Source: the human T2T-CHM13v2.0 reference genome, Homo sapiens
Strand: one strand, 5' to 3'
DNA: 64,000 nt
Assembly: GCF_009914755.1 (NCBI RefSeq)
Contig: NC_060925.1
Shown: piece by piece, positions 17,512 to 34,013 of the stretch
Layout: every line of letters begins with the position of its first letter
How positions within the stretch are numbered: the first letter of the stretch is position 1
Notes under the pieces: generated by a model
Told to the model about the DNA's origin: nothing
The model's database searches: none
Seen by the model: only the letters and a program-made list of their open reading frames with translations
Position numbers and translations under genes: made by a program

Positions 17512-19072
17512 TCAATAGGAAAAAGGTTGGGAAGGACAGCCTGTAGCTCAGGCTGGCTGGAGGACTGAATGTGTAGAGGGAGTGCTGAGGGCCAAGGCTT
17601 CAGAGGTGGGCAGTACCAAGCCGTGGAGGGTCTTTATTTAGGAGTTCAACATTTCCCAAACTGCTCAGCAGTCATCTTGGTGCCAAAAGAGTTTACTAGA
17701 ATATTGCCAAAATTTTTCTTCTAAAATCTATTTAAACATATATGTAAAAAAAAAATGTTAAGTGGAACTACTGGATGTCCATGTGTGGAAAAAAAAATCT
17801 AGACACAGACTTTATACTCTTCCCAAAAATTAATTCAAAATGGATCATAGACCTAAATGTAAAACCTGAAACTATAAAACTCCTGGGAGATAACATAAGA
17901 GAAAAATATAGATGACATTTTAGGTATAACATCAAGGGCACAACCCATGAAATAAATAATTGATAAGCTAGACTTCAATAAAATTAAAACTTCTGCTCTG
18001 CAAAAGACGTTGTCAAAAGAATGAGAATATAAGCCATTGACTAGAAGAAAATATTTGAAAAGAGACATCTGATAAAGGACCGTTATCCAAAATATTAAAT
18101 AACTCTTAAAACAGCAATAAAAGACAACTCTATTAAAAATAAGCAAAAGACCTGAATAGACACCTCATCAAAAAAAGATATACAGATGGCAAATAAGGAT
18201 ATGAAAAGATATTCAACATCATACATCATTAGGGAATTGCAAATTCAAACAACGAGACACCACTATGTACCTATTAGAATGGCCAAAATTCAAAACAATG
18301 ACAACACCAAATGCTTGCAAGGATGTGGAGTAATAGGAAATCACATTCATTACTGGTGGAAATGGAAAATGGTACAGCTACTTTGGAAGACAGTTTGGAG
18401 GTTTCTTAAACTTTAAACATACTTTTACCATACAATTCAGCAACTAAAACCCTGGGTATGTATCCAAATGAACTGATAACTTATGTGTACACAAAAATTT
18501 GCACAAGTATGTCTACAGCAGTTTTATTCATAATTGCCCAAATTTGAAAGTAATCAAGACATCTTCAGTAGGTGAATGGATAAACTGTGGCATGTCCAGA
18601 CAATGAAATATTATTCAGTGATGAAACAAAATGAGCTATCAAGCCATGAACAGACATGAAAGAACCTGAATGCATATTGCTAAGTGAAAGAGCAAATCTT
18701 AAAATATTATATACCATATGATCTCAACTATATGACATGATGGAAAAGGCAAAACTATGGAGGCTCTAAAAACATCAGTCATTGTCAGGGGGGAAGGGAG
18801 AGAAAACGATGTTTAGGTGGGAGCACAGAGGATTTTTAGGGCAGTAAAACTATTCCATATGATCCCATAATGGTGAATGTTTGTCATTACACATTTGTCC
18901 AAACCCACAGAGTGTACAATACCAAGAATAAACATAAACTATGAACTTTGGGTGGTAATGATGGTGTCAGTGTAGTGGTATAGTGTCAGTATATTACTTG
19001 GGAGTGGGATGTTGACAGTGGAGAATGCTGTATGCTGCCCAAGAGAGGATAGAAGTGTATGAAAACTGTGTA

Positions 19073-20090
19073 TTTTTTTTCCCAGCTTAACTGAAGTACA
19101 CTTGACAAAAATTGTATGTATTTATTGTGTACAATGTGATGTTTTGAGATACCTATACACTGTGAAATGACTACCACAATCAAGCTAATCAACATATGCG
19201 TATCTCACATAGCTACCTTTTGTGTGTTGAGAACCACTTAAGATGCACTTTCTTAGCAAATTTCAAATATACAATACAGTATTTTTAACTACAGTCAGCA
19301 TGCTATGCAATAGATTTCTAAAACATATCATCTTGCATAACCGAAACTTCCTACCCTTTGGCCAACATCTCCCCATTTTCCCCCAACCCCCCAGCCCCTA
19401 GCAACTATCATTCTACTCTGCCTTTATGCATTCAACTTTGTTAGGTTCCATATATAAGTGAAGTCATGCAATATTTGTATTTCTGTATCTGACTTATTTC
19501 ACTTAGCATCATGTCCTTCAGGTTTATCCATGTTGTGGTAAATGGCAGGCTCAAAAATATTCCATTATATTGCATACATTGTGTATACACACACAATGGA
19601 ATACACACCCCTGCCCCCCCCCCCACACATTTTCCTTTTCCAGTCATCCATCTACAAACACTTTAGGCTGTTTCCATATCTTAGCTATTGTGAATAATGC
19701 TGCAATGAACATGAAAGTGCAGATATCTTTTTGAGACACTGATTTCATTTCCTTTGGATATATACCCAGAAATTGGATTGCTGGATCATATGGTAGTACT
19801 ATTTTTAATTTTTTGAGAAACCTCCGTACTGTTTTCCATAATGGCTATACCAATTTTCATTCCCACCAACAGTGTCCAGCGTTCCTTTTTCTCCACATCC
19901 TTACCAACACTTGTTATCTTTTGTCTTCTTTATAATAACCATTCTAACAGATATGAGGTAATATCTCATTGTGGTTTTGATTTGCATTTCTCTGATAGTG
20001 ATATTGAGCATCTTTTCATAAACCTGCTGGCCATTTGTATGTCTTCTTTTGAGAAATGTCTATTCAGGCCCCTTGCCCATCTTTCAGTTG
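19073..20090 (-). mobile_element. L1MA-type 3' fragment inserted antisense in the L1MC
   Basis: caatcaagctaatcaacata, gctattgtgaataatgctgcaatgaacatg, gagaaatgtctattcagg. Confidence 0.85.
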
Positions 20091-20367
20091 GGTTTTTTTT
20101 TTTTTTGGCTAACTGTACTTTTTGCTCAGTTTTACTGTGAATCTAAAACTGCTCTAAAGAATAAAATCTATGTAAGACCAAAAGATCTAGTGAATAAGTA
20201 AATGGAGGATAACAGACAAATCTCCCATGCAGAAGAATTTCAAATAATGTATATAGTTACTCCACCCCAAAGGATGGGGAGCATAAATCCCTGCTTCTTA
20301 AGTGTGGCTGTATATACAGTCATTCCATCCTCTGATATCTTAGAGGGACTTATCTGAGGACCCTCAC

Positions 20368-22840
20368 TGATATAGTTTGGATATTTATCCCTGCCCAAAT
20401 CTCATGTTGAATTGTAATCCCCAGTGCTGGAGGTGGGTCCTAGTAGGAGGTGTTTGGGTCATGGGGTGGATCCCTCGTGGCTTAGTGCTATCTTTGCAAT
20501 AGTGAGTGAGTTCTCACAAGATCTGGTGATTTTAAAGTGTGTGGCACCTCTCCCCACACCCGCTCTCTGTTGTTCCTGCTCTGGCCATGTGATGTGCCTG
20601 CTCCTACTTCACTTTTTGCCATGAGTAAAAGCTTTCTGAGGCCTCTCCAGAAGCAGATGTTGGTGCTATGCTTCCTATACAGCTTACAGAACCATGAGCC
20701 AATTAAACTTCTTTTCTTATAAATTACCCAGTCTCAGGTATTTCTTTATAGCAATGCAAGAATGGTGTAGTACAAAAAACTGGTACCAGAAGTGGGGCAT
20801 TGCTTTAAAGATACCTGAAAATGTGGAAGCAGCTTTGGAACTGAGTAACAGGCAGAGAATAGAAGACACTGGAGGGCTCAGAAAAAGATAAGAAGATTAG
20901 GGAAAGTTTGGAACTTCTTAGAGACTTGTTAAATGGTTGTGACCAAAATGCTGACAGTGGTATGGACAAAGGCCATGCTGATGAGGTCTCATTTGGAGAT
21001 GAGGAACTTACTGGGAACTGGAGAAAAGATCACCCTTGTTATGCTTTAGCAAAGAATTTGGCTGTATCATGTCCATGCCCTAGAGATCCATGGAAGTTTG
21101 AAGTTGAGGGTGATGAGCTAGAATACCTGATGGAAGAAACTTCTAAGCAGCCAAGTGTTTGAGATATAGCCTGGCTTCTTCTAACAACCTATGCTCAGAT
21201 GTGGGAGCAAAGGAATGACTTAAAGTTGGAACTTATATTTAAAAGGGAAGCAGAGCACAAAAGTTTGGAAATTTTGCAGCCTGGCTATGTGGCAGATAAA
21301 GAAAAAACTTTTTTGGGAGAGGATTTCAAACAGACTATGGAGCAACCACTTGCTAGAGATATTTGCATAAATAAAACAGAGCAAATTGATCATGTCCAAA
21401 ACAATGGGGGGAAAGGCCTTGAAGGAATTTCAGAGACCTTTGTAGCAGCCCCTCCCATTACAGGTCCAGAGGCCTAGGAAGGAAGAATGGTTTCATGGAC
21501 AGGGCCCAGGGCCCCACTGCCCTGCATGGCCTTGGGACACCACTCTCCACATTCTGGCCACTCCAGCTCCTGCCGTGGCTCAAAGGAGCCCAGGTATAGC
21601 TTGGGCTGCTGCTCTGGAGAATACAAGCCCTAAACGTTGGCAGCTTCCATGTAGTGCTAAGCCTGCAGATGCAGAGTGCAAGAGTGGTGGATTCTTGGCA
21701 GCCTCCACCTAAATTTCAGAGAATGTATGGAAAAGCCTGGCTGTCAAGACAGAAGCCTGCTTATGGGGGCAGGGCCCTCACAGAGAACCTCTACTAGGGC
21801 AGTGCAGAGGGGAAATGTGGGGTTGGAGGCCCCCAGCAGAGTTCCCACTGGGCACTGCCTAGTGGAGCTGTGAGAAGGCAGCTACCATCCTTAAGACCCC
21901 AGAATAGTAAATCCACTGGCAGCTTTCACCCTGCACCTGGAAAAGCTACAGACATTCAACTCCAACCCATGGGAGCAGCCATGGGGCTGAACCCTACAAA
22001 GCCACAGAGGCAGAGCTGCTCAAGGCCTTCAGAGCCCACCCCTTGTGCCACTGTGCCCTGGGTGTGGGACATGGATTCAAAGGAGATTATTTTGGAGCTT
22101 TAACTTTTAATGACTACCCTGCTGGGTTTTGAACTATTGGGTTTTGAAAGGGGCCTGTAGCCCTTTTCTTTTGGCTGATTTCTCCCTTTTGGAATAAGAA
22201 TGTTTACCCAATGCCTATACCCCCATTGTATCATGGGAGTAAATAATTGTTTGATTTTATAGGCTCATAAGTGAAGGAACTCATCTCTAGACGACACTTT
22301 GAACTTACTTGGGTCTTCTGAGTTAATGCTGGAATGAGTTAAGATTTGGGGGACTGTTGGGAAGGCATGATTATATTTTGCAATGTGAGGAGGTGACACT
22401 TGGGAGAGGCTGGGGCAGAATGATATGGTTTGGATTTTTTTTTCTGCCCAAATTTCATGTTGAATTATAATCCTCAATGCTGGAGGTGGGGCCTGGTGGG
22501 AAGTGTCTGGATCATGAGGGTGGATCCCTCATGGCTTGGTGCTGTCTTTGTGTGCTGTCTTTGTGATAGTGAGTTCTCATGAGATCTGGTCATTTAAAAA
22601 TGTGTGGCACCTCCCCAGCTCACCCCAACTCTCTCTCTTGCTCCACCTTTCACCATGTGATTCCCCTGCTTCTGCTTCGCCTCTCATGAGTAAAAGCCCC
22701 TAAGGCCTCTCCAGAAGATGAGGAATGTCAGTGCCATGACTGTACAACCTGCAGAACTGTGAGCTAATTAAACCTCTTTTCTTCAAAAACTACCCACTCT
22801 CTGGTATTTATTCATAGCAACACAAGAATGGCCTAATATA
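20368..22840 (+). mobile_element. Full-length MaLR element (MSTB/MSTA-like): LTR 20368-20774, internal 20775-22420, LTR 22421-22840
   Basis: Two similar direct LTRs (tgatatagtttggat / tgatatggtttggat) flank an MST-int region; purine-rich tract before the 3' LTR; TSD ctcac/cccac. Confidence 0.9.
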
Positions 22841-23073
22841 CCCACAGATCCACAGATATCAAAATCCACACATACGCAAGTCCCAAAGTGGGCCCTGACG
22901 AACTCAGCCATACACAAAGTCAGCCCTCCCTATCTGCTGGTTTCAAATTTCTCCAATACTGTATTTTCCATCCACATTTGGTTGTGAATGTGGAACCTGC
23001 GGATACAGAGGGCTGACTGTATTTATAAAAAAAATCTGCGTATAAGTGGACCTGTGCAGTTCCAACCTGCATT

Positions 23074-23076
<3 letters not shown>

Positions 23077-23110
<34 letters not shown>

Positions 23111-23392
23111 AGACAGAGTTTCTCTCTTGTTGCCCAGGCTGGAGTACAATGGCACGACCTCGGCTCACTGCAAGCTCCGCCTCCCAGGTTCAAGCGATTC
23201 TCCTGCCTCAGCCTTCCGGAGTAGCTGGGATTACAAGCATGTGCCACCATGCCAGGCTAATTTTGTATTTTTAGTAAAGACGGGGTTTCTCCATGTTGGT
23301 CAGGCTGGTCTCAAACTCCTGACCTCAGGTGATCCACCCACCCCGGTCTCCCAAAGTGCTGGGATTACAGGCGTGAGCCACCACACCCGGCG
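23077..23392 (-). mobile_element. AluS (Sp-like)
   Basis: Full dimer; TSD ccaacctgcattgtt at 23062-23076 and 23395-23409. Confidence 0.93.
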
Positions 23393-23623
23393 CCCCAACC
23401 TGCATTGTTGTAGGGTCAACTGTACCGCCTTCCTTCCAAAGAATACAGTATGAAAAGCAGGAGATGGAGTAACTTTACAGTGGAGGTGGTTAAGGTCAAA
23501 ATCAACAGTGATAAATTGTGTTGACAGTATATACCCTTGAATGATGTGATGAAAATAGTACCTTATCTCTGTGATCTTCCTGTTAAAAAAACCCATGATC
23601 TCAGTCACACAAGAAAAACATCA

Positions 23624-24891
<1,268 letters not shown>

Positions 24892-25025
24892 TCACATTTA
24901 CTGAATGAATGAGTGAGCAGATGAATAAAAGTTTCATGTGGCCTCTACCTCCAAGGGACCCCAGCTTGTCCTTCAACAGTATTTATTGGAAGTGCTAGGA
25001 GGAATTCGCTTGGAAATTTAATTTT

Positions 25026-25340
<315 letters not shown>

Positions 25341-25424
25341 GAAAACATCAGACAAATCCCAATGGAGAAACATTCTACAAAATACCTGACCAGTACTCTT
25401 CAAAACTGTCAATCAAGGTTTTCA

Positions 25425-25595
25425 AAAATATAGTGAGAACCCATACGAAGTTTGAAAAAAAAAATTAGCTGGGAGGCTGAGGTGGGAGGATCACCTGAGC
25501 CTGGGAGGATGAGGCTGCAGTGAGCTGTGACTGCACCACTGTACCCCAGACTAGGAGACAGAGCAAGACTTTGTCTCAAAAAAAAAAAAAAAAAC
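25425..25595 (+). mobile_element. Truncated AluJ
   Basis: Partial left arm, internally deleted right arm, gaggctgcagtgagctgtga. Confidence 0.8.
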
Positions 25596-25669
25596 TCAAA
25601 ACAAAGCAAACAAACAAAAAGCAACAAATAAAGTCTGAGAAACCATCATAGTTAAAAGGGGCCTGAGGG

Positions 25670-25978
<309 letters not shown>

Positions 25979-26367
25979 GGTGGGAGAGAGCCTAAGGAGA
26001 CACAACAACTAATGTCTTGTGGCATCCTGGATAAGCCCTGCAACAGAAAAAAAAAAAATCAGGTAAAACCTAAGGAAATACAAAGCAAGTATGGACATTA
26101 GTTAATAACAATATATCAATATTGAGTCATTAATTGTAACCAATGTGTGATACTGATGTAACACATTAAGAATAGCAGAAACTAAGTGAGATGTGAGCTG
26201 TGACTGTACCACTGTATCCCAGTGGGAACTCTCTATACTATCTGCAATTTTTCTGTAAATCTAAAATTATTCTTAAAAATGATGTTTATTTTTTAAAAAG
26301 ATATTGCATACACTTAAATGGTTTTTACCCTACAGTATCCACTTGCCTTTAGAAATGGTGTGTCTAT

Positions 26368-26673
<306 letters not shown>

Positions 26674-26932
26674 TGGTATGTCCACATAAGCATGGTGGGT
26701 GAAGTAAGTATCCATGCCTGTGCATAGTGGGAACTTTAAGGATGGGGGCAACACTTACCAGTCACTGATCATCTCTCCCTGATCACCTGACTGGGTAGTA
26801 TTTGTCAATCACATTATGTTGTGTGATTTCAGCATGTATGGTTATGCTAGTCAGGGTTTGTTGTAGACTAAATATTTACACACCCATTCTCTGAAATTCT
26901 GTGATTGGTAGAAAGAGGGTGTGGGATAGTGG

Positions 26933-27324
26933 TTATTTGAGTTCACTTGGCTGCCACAGCAAAATACCGTAGGCTGGTGGCTTAAATGGAAGTTTATTTC
27001 TCATAGTTCTGGAGCCTGGGAAAACTGATATGAAGGTGCTGACAAGGTAGGTTTCATTGAGTCCTCTTCTCTTGGCTACCATCCGACTGTGCTCACATGA
27101 CCTTTTCTTTGAGTGTACATGCAGGGTTTGGGGAGAGCTCTTAGGGGTCTCTTCTTATAAGGGCACTAATCCCATCATGAGGGCCCCAGCCTAATGACCT
27201 CATCTAACCCTAATTACCTTCCAAAGGCCCCATCTCCAAATAACATCACATAGGAGTTCAGGCTTCAACATATAAATTTTGGGAACAAAATCTATATTTG
27301 GGAACAAACATTAAGTCCATAACA
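26933..27324 (-). mobile_element. MaLR solo LTR (MLT1A/B-like)
   Basis: tttatttctcatagttctggag...taagggcactaatcccatc...gtccataaca. Confidence 0.8.
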
Positions 27325-27570
27325 GTAGTGAAGACCCCCAGGCTTTGGAGCCAAACTACCTTGATTCAAATCCTAACTTTACTCCTTACTAGTTTTGTGA
27401 CTTTGAACAATTTACTTTGTGTCTGTCCTTCCATTTCCTCATCTGTAAAATGAGGGATATTAACAATGCCCACCTTGCAGATTGCCTTAAGGATTAAATG
27501 CAGCAATGTATATAAAGTGCTTAGAACAGTGTTGGCATGTAAATATCAGTCAGTGAATGCTATCTATTAT
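27325..27570 (+). mobile_element. MIR
   Basis: ggctttggagcc...ttcctcatctgtaaaatg...aaagtgcttagaacagtg. Confidence 0.8.
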
Positions 27571-28116
27571 CATTGCTATGATGTAGTTCATGAGCTCCTA
27601 TTAGTATTTTTCTTTTTATAGAAAAAGTGTTGTGAAGTCAGATATGCCTGAGAAATGCTGCAACGAACAATGGGAAAGTTTTTTAAAAGGGTTTGAGTAG
27701 GGAGGGTCTACCTCTAGTGTTTTACTTTCTCTGCAGATGTACCCATCAAAGACACCCAGCAAGAGTTGGCCATTTCCTTCCTTTGTTCATTACCTCATTA
27801 GTCGGCATAGAATATTATGTATTTGGCACGTTCTGATTTTAACTTAGGGAAAAAAGCTGAAGTTACACATTCAACTATATAATATTATTGTTCTCAGTGC
27901 CACCTCATATTCTTTTTCAGAGGCAGAGAATATGTAAATAAAAGCAGACATCTAGTAAATACAGCACTTAGTTATACATTCAATTTCATTTGAGTTCCAA
28001 GTACAATTTTAATTTCTTAACAAATGCCTACTTTTACTCCATGGTTAATTTTAATGGTCATTTTATTCCTCATCTAATACACATACCATAAATTTACTAT
28101 CATAACCATTTTTTAA

Positions 28117-28681
<565 letters not shown>

Positions 28682-28873
28682 TAATCTGAATAATGATAAT
28701 TGCTGTCTAAACCTCCCTACATAGTTGACGATGCATTGTTTCTCTCATACCTTATCTTTTGTATAAAAAGATAAACATCTCTTTGGTTCTGTTTGCCTTC
28801 TGGTAAGGAAAGAAGTTGCACAGAGAAAGGCTGTTCTCCGGCTAAGAAGGAACCAAGAAGAAGTTGCCAACAT

Positions 28874-29015
28874 GGAGAGGCCCAGGGCATGCTGGAGAGG
28901 GAAGCAGAGAGGCCCAGGGCATGCTAGGAAGTAAAGCAGAGGGGCCCAGGGCATGCTGGGAGGGAAGCAGAGAGGCCCAGGGCATGCTGGGAAGGGGAAA
29001 TGGAGAGGCCTAGGG
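28874..29015. repeat. Degenerate minisatellite, ~4.5 x 31-33 bp
   Basis: Core cccagggcatgct at 28881, 28913, 28945, 28976; partial unit at 29009. Confidence 0.9.
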
Positions 29016-30799
29016 ACCTTGGCTGCTAGACAGCTTGCTATTCCAGGCTCCTCTTGAAAGCTCTTGTGCTCAGCTAGCTAGTCATTGTGACTCAGCTCTG
29101 CCTGCGAAGCGCCTACAGTCTAGTTGAGAAGGTAAGGTACATAAGTATAACTATATTAAAAAGCAGTTCGAGGCCACATTTAAATATATCAGCAAGTGAA
29201 CAATACAGACAGTAAAAGCAGAAATCCTGTGAGTTGGAAGGTTAGAGGAAGCTTCGTGGGAGAAGTAGGATTCTCGATGAATCCTGAAAGATGGGTAGAT
29301 TGTTGGAGAAACGGAGATAATTAAGGTCCCACTGCTAGGGAGATTGTATATAAGCAGAGGAGGAAATGAACGCAGCATGTTGGGAAAACCTATATTTCCC
29401 AAGCTATTTTATTATTGATTTTCATCATCTCCTGAACTTCAGTTGATTGGATTGGTTTTTGCCATTTTGTCATCATTCCTTAAATCTCCAGCGCAATCTC
29501 CAGCATTTACCTTTCTTTATTTCTGTGGACGAGAAACAGATCTGTCTTTTTGCCTTTTGGGGCACTGGCTTCCTGAGTGTAGAAGTCATGACTGTGATGT
29601 GCAGTATGCCTGGGAAAAATAAAAGGAGTTACTCCTTGCACCCAGGGTTAGACTTTCCTCATGGCAAGAGATTTTGGGGAATAGTTTTCGGCAGTGATCC
29701 CATCTTCAAACACTTCTGGGATACTCATGACTAGCTAACTCCTGCTGGCGGCTGCCTCCCATCACTGACCTCGAGTTTCTCCAGGAAGAGATCACATGTG
29801 GGGCTTCCATGACTGCGTTTATGCAACAGCAACACTGACCAGTCTGGCCACAGAATCAGAACTGGCTCAAGTCTGGACCCTGAAGGCATTTATCAACTTT
29901 CTGGTCTCTCTTGAGCTTCTAGGGTCTCAACCATTATCCTGGCCAAGGGATTTAGCCAAGAAGAAAGGGCATCTGGGCAAAATGCCATTAGGAAGGTTGT
30001 CCGCCAGGAAACAACACACGCTTTATTTATGGTCTTTCCTTTCCCCCCATCAAATCAGATTTTGCTTTCTCCCACTACTGAGGTGACAGAGACAAAGACT
30101 TGTGTTTAATATGCAAAAGCAGTAGCTTACATCCAAATTGCTATTATCCCTGCAAAAAGACTTCTTTCAGAGCTTTACAATCCTTTTGCTATTTACTTTC
30201 TTGCGTGGGTTACATTTACCTATTTTTTGCTGCGAGTTTTATATAGCTTAATCACAGAGAAAAAGAAGCAGTTCTATACTACTATTTCTTTTTTCTAACC
30301 AGTCATCCCATTGAATTTTTATTAAGAAAAATTCTACCTGGATGTAAAAAAAATTTTACATGAAGGAATTGCAAATAAGTATAAGAATTGCACATATGCA
30401 TAAAAATAATTGTATTTTATTTTATTTATCTTACTTTCCAAAAGATGATAAAATCACTGACATATGCAAGTATAAAAGCACTATACGCCCTCAATTTTTG
30501 TTGGTTTCCTCTCTGTAAAATGGAAGGTTTGCCCTGCATAGATTATTTTTAAGTTTCCTTTGAGTTTAATATTCCTTGGTCCTACAGGAGGATATGGTGC
30601 TGTTGTTTTTGTTGGAAATTCAAGATGGTAGCATATAAAAAGAGGATTAGACAGAGAAACAGAAATTTGTCTTGGAGTAGACTGGCAACTACCATCTAAG
30701 ACCCTTTTCTGTCTGGACAGGTCTTTGAATGGTCAGCATTAGCATAAGTGGAAGTAAGTCAGCAATTGCTCCATATTCACCTGGAGTTTAAAATTGGCA

Positions 30800-31010
30800 G
30801 CCAAAGGTTGCAAACTCAAATGCCTCCAGGGTTTGGAGGTTGGTACTGTAGGTGGGGGCCTGAGGGGAATGGTAGGAACCCCAGTCTGTAGGAGAGTGCT
30901 TGTCTCCTCCTTAAAAGTATCTAAGTAAATAAATAAATAAATAAAGGTGGCCCAAACACACAGACAAATCTCTGACTTTATTTAGCCTACAGGCTACTAG
31001 TTTCCTACCC
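30800..31010. mobile_element. hAT fossil (MER102-like)
   Basis: aggttgcaaactcaaatgcctccaggg...gcctacaggctactagtttcctaccc. Confidence 0.5.
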
Positions 31011-31289
31011 TTAAATTCCATATCAGCCTATCTGTTCATTTTTTAAGTAAAGAATCTGAGGGACAGTAATTTGCCCAAGGTCAGACAGCAATTTAGTAGT
31101 ATAGCAAGGCCAAGAAGCCGGACGTTTTGCTCTCTAAGTCAGTGTTCTTCCGTCTGGTTCTCTCTCAGCTCAGATCTGTCCCAGCAAGCAAGCCTGCTGA
31201 TTGTCTAAACACTGAATAGACTGTGGCTTTGCTGCCTTTACCTGAACATTGTTTATAACAATAGCTACTTCATAAAGGTAAAAGTAGAT

Positions 31290-31705
31290 TGCTATGGTTA
31301 GAATATGTGCCACAGAAGTTAATGTGCTGGAGACTTGATCCCCAATGCAACAGTGTTGGAGGCGGGGCATAATGGGATGTGTTTAGCCCCAGAGGCTTGT
31401 CTCTTTCAAGCCCTTTTGAATGGACTAATGCTGTTATAAAAAGGGCTCATGGGATTAGATTCTTCCTCCCACCTTTCTTTCTCTTTCCTCTCTCCCCACC
31501 CCCCACCCCCAACTTTTTCCCTTCCATCTTCCATCTAGAAAGGATGAAGCAGGAGTGCCCTCACCAGATGCCAGTGCCTTGGTCTTAGACTTCCCAACCT
31601 CCAGAACTGTGATAACATAAATTTCTGTTCTTTATAAATTACTGTTCTTTATAAATTACTCAGTGTCAGATATTCTATTATAGCAGCACAAAACATACTA
31701 AGACA
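31290..31705 (+). mobile_element. MaLR solo LTR (MSTC/MSTD-like)
   Basis: tgctatggttagaatatgt...ccccaatgcaacagtgttg...ctaagaca; similar to 37580-37935. Confidence 0.85.
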
Positions 31706-31777
31706 TAAATCTATGTTAAAGTCACTTTCAAAAAGTGTTGATATGTTATTAATTCATTATTAAATCATGAACACTCT

Positions 31778-32042
31778 AGAACAGTGCCATTCAACAGCTC
31801 CATACTTAATTTTAAAGGACTTAGTAGAAACATTTTAACAAATAAAATCAATATATCAAAAATATCATCATTTCAACTTGTAATAAATATATAAAATTAT
31901 TAATGGGATATTTACATTCTTTTTTCATAGAACTCTTCAAATCTGTTGAGTATCTTATAGTACATCTTAATTCAGACAGCCACATTTCAGGTGCTTGATA
32001 GCCACATATGGCCAGTGGCTACCATATTGGACAGTGTGGTTC
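31778..32042. mobile_element. MER33/MER3-type hAT MITE
   Basis: gccacatttcaggtgcttgatagccacatatggccagtggctaccatattggacagtg, with flanking tctaga sites. Confidence 0.8.
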
Positions 32043-32220
32043 TAGAAGGTTCCTTGTTTCATTCTCACCCTACTCACAGCCAACCAGGGAAGGGAGAAAG
32101 TTCCCAGAGGCTTGTCTCTTTCAAGCCTTCTATTGTTGGTTAATTAAATCCCTAAGCAACGGCTGAGTCACTTGCGACTGTGGAAGACAATTTAAGAAAT
32201 CTATCTCAAAGCCAAGAACA

Positions 32221-32416
32221 TAGCTCCCCACGTAAAAGGAGGGGAGGCAAGTCCTTTGAGCTAGATGCCTTGAAGGAAGAGTCTGTGCTGAGTCAGGTGC
32301 CCCTATGTAGGAGCGAAGGAGATAAGTCATTGCCAAGGGGACAGAGGAAAGCAGAGAAGAGAAATGGTTCTCCTTACGGTCACCATTTCCCTCCAGAGCC
32401 CCTGTGAAGGAGGGTC
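32221..32416 (-). repeat. Copy 1 of a ~200-bp inverted duplication
   Basis: Reverse complement aligns to 40346-40545 with 13 substitutions and 2 indels (hand count). Confidence 0.95.
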
Positions 32417-32595
32417 TATGGTGCTTAGTTCTCACTAAGAGAACTAAGCTCTCCATGAGGCAGGTACTATACTATTCTCATTTTATAGAGGAGGAAATCC
32501 AGGCAGAGAGGTCATGTACTTGCCTGAGGTCATGTAGCTAGTAATCAGCAAAGCTAGTGCTCAACACTCAGGTCTGATGGACTTCAATACCAATT

Positions 32596-32882
32596 TCTTT
32601 TTTTTTTTTAATTTTGAGATGGAGTCTCGCTGCTGTCACCCAGGCTCGAGTGCGATGGTGCGATCTGGGCTCACCACAACCTCCGCCTCCTAGGTTCCAG
32701 CAATTCTCCTGCCTCAGTCTCCTGAGTAACTGAGATTACAGGCGCCTGCCACCACGCCTGGCTAATTTTTGTATTTTTAGTAGAGATGGGGGTTTCACCA
32801 TATTGGCCGGGCTGGCCTTGAACTCCTGACCTCAGGTGATCCACCCTCCTGGGATTACAGGCGTGAGCCACCGCACCCGGCC
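32596..32882 (-). mobile_element. AluS inserted in a MIR (MIR ~32430-32915)
   Basis: Dimer with a small deletion; TSD tcaataccaatttctt/tcaatacctatttctt. Confidence 0.9.
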
Positions 32883-33578
32883 TCAATACCTATTTCTTAA
32901 CCACTGGGCTATATTAGGAAGTTCTGACACCATCTCCAAATATCACAGAGGGCACATGAACTTTTGCATAAAATGTGCATGAATGTTTGGTGTTTACATA
33001 CAACTTATTACTGTCTACATGACTGAATGGTCTATTTTCAGGCAAATTTCCATCTAAAACAGTATCACTCCTTCCCAACACAGTTGGTTGCTTCTTAATC
33101 TTTCTTTTTGCTATTCATTTTCACCCATCCACTATTTCTGGTGGACTCCTGGGAGCAAAACTGTATGGGAAAATGGGAGACTCACATAGCAAAGAAGTAG
33201 GAGGTGAATGCCAGGAATCAGCAGGGCTGGCTATCTGTATAGGATTTGGCTGAATGTGGCATCTGATCTGGGATGGAAGAGGAGGGGAATATCACACATT
33301 TTGTTTGTCTCAAAATATCCTATCAACCTCAGTCCTGTAATTAGTGAGTTATTCCCACCAGGTAATTCATTTCACCAGAGGAAAGGCGTTTTCTCCAGAA
33401 GATCCCATTGAAATGAAGCAGGCCTAATGGGGAGGCCAGGTGGAATAGCAGCTGAGCCTGCAGTCTGTGGGGCTGTATTGCCTGTGTTTGACACCCTGCC
33501 CTGCCACTTTCCAGATGAGTCACTTTGGACAGTTTACTGAAATTTCTCTGCCTCAGTCTTCATTTAAAAACTGGATAT

Positions 33579-34013
<435 letters not shown>

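Larger units (their letters stand above)
20317..23422. mobile_element. MER2-family (Tigger2-derived) DNA transposon split by an MST element and an Alu
   Basis: TA|cagtc...caactg|TA termini; pieces at 20317-20367, 22841-23076 and 23395-23422. Confidence 0.75.
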
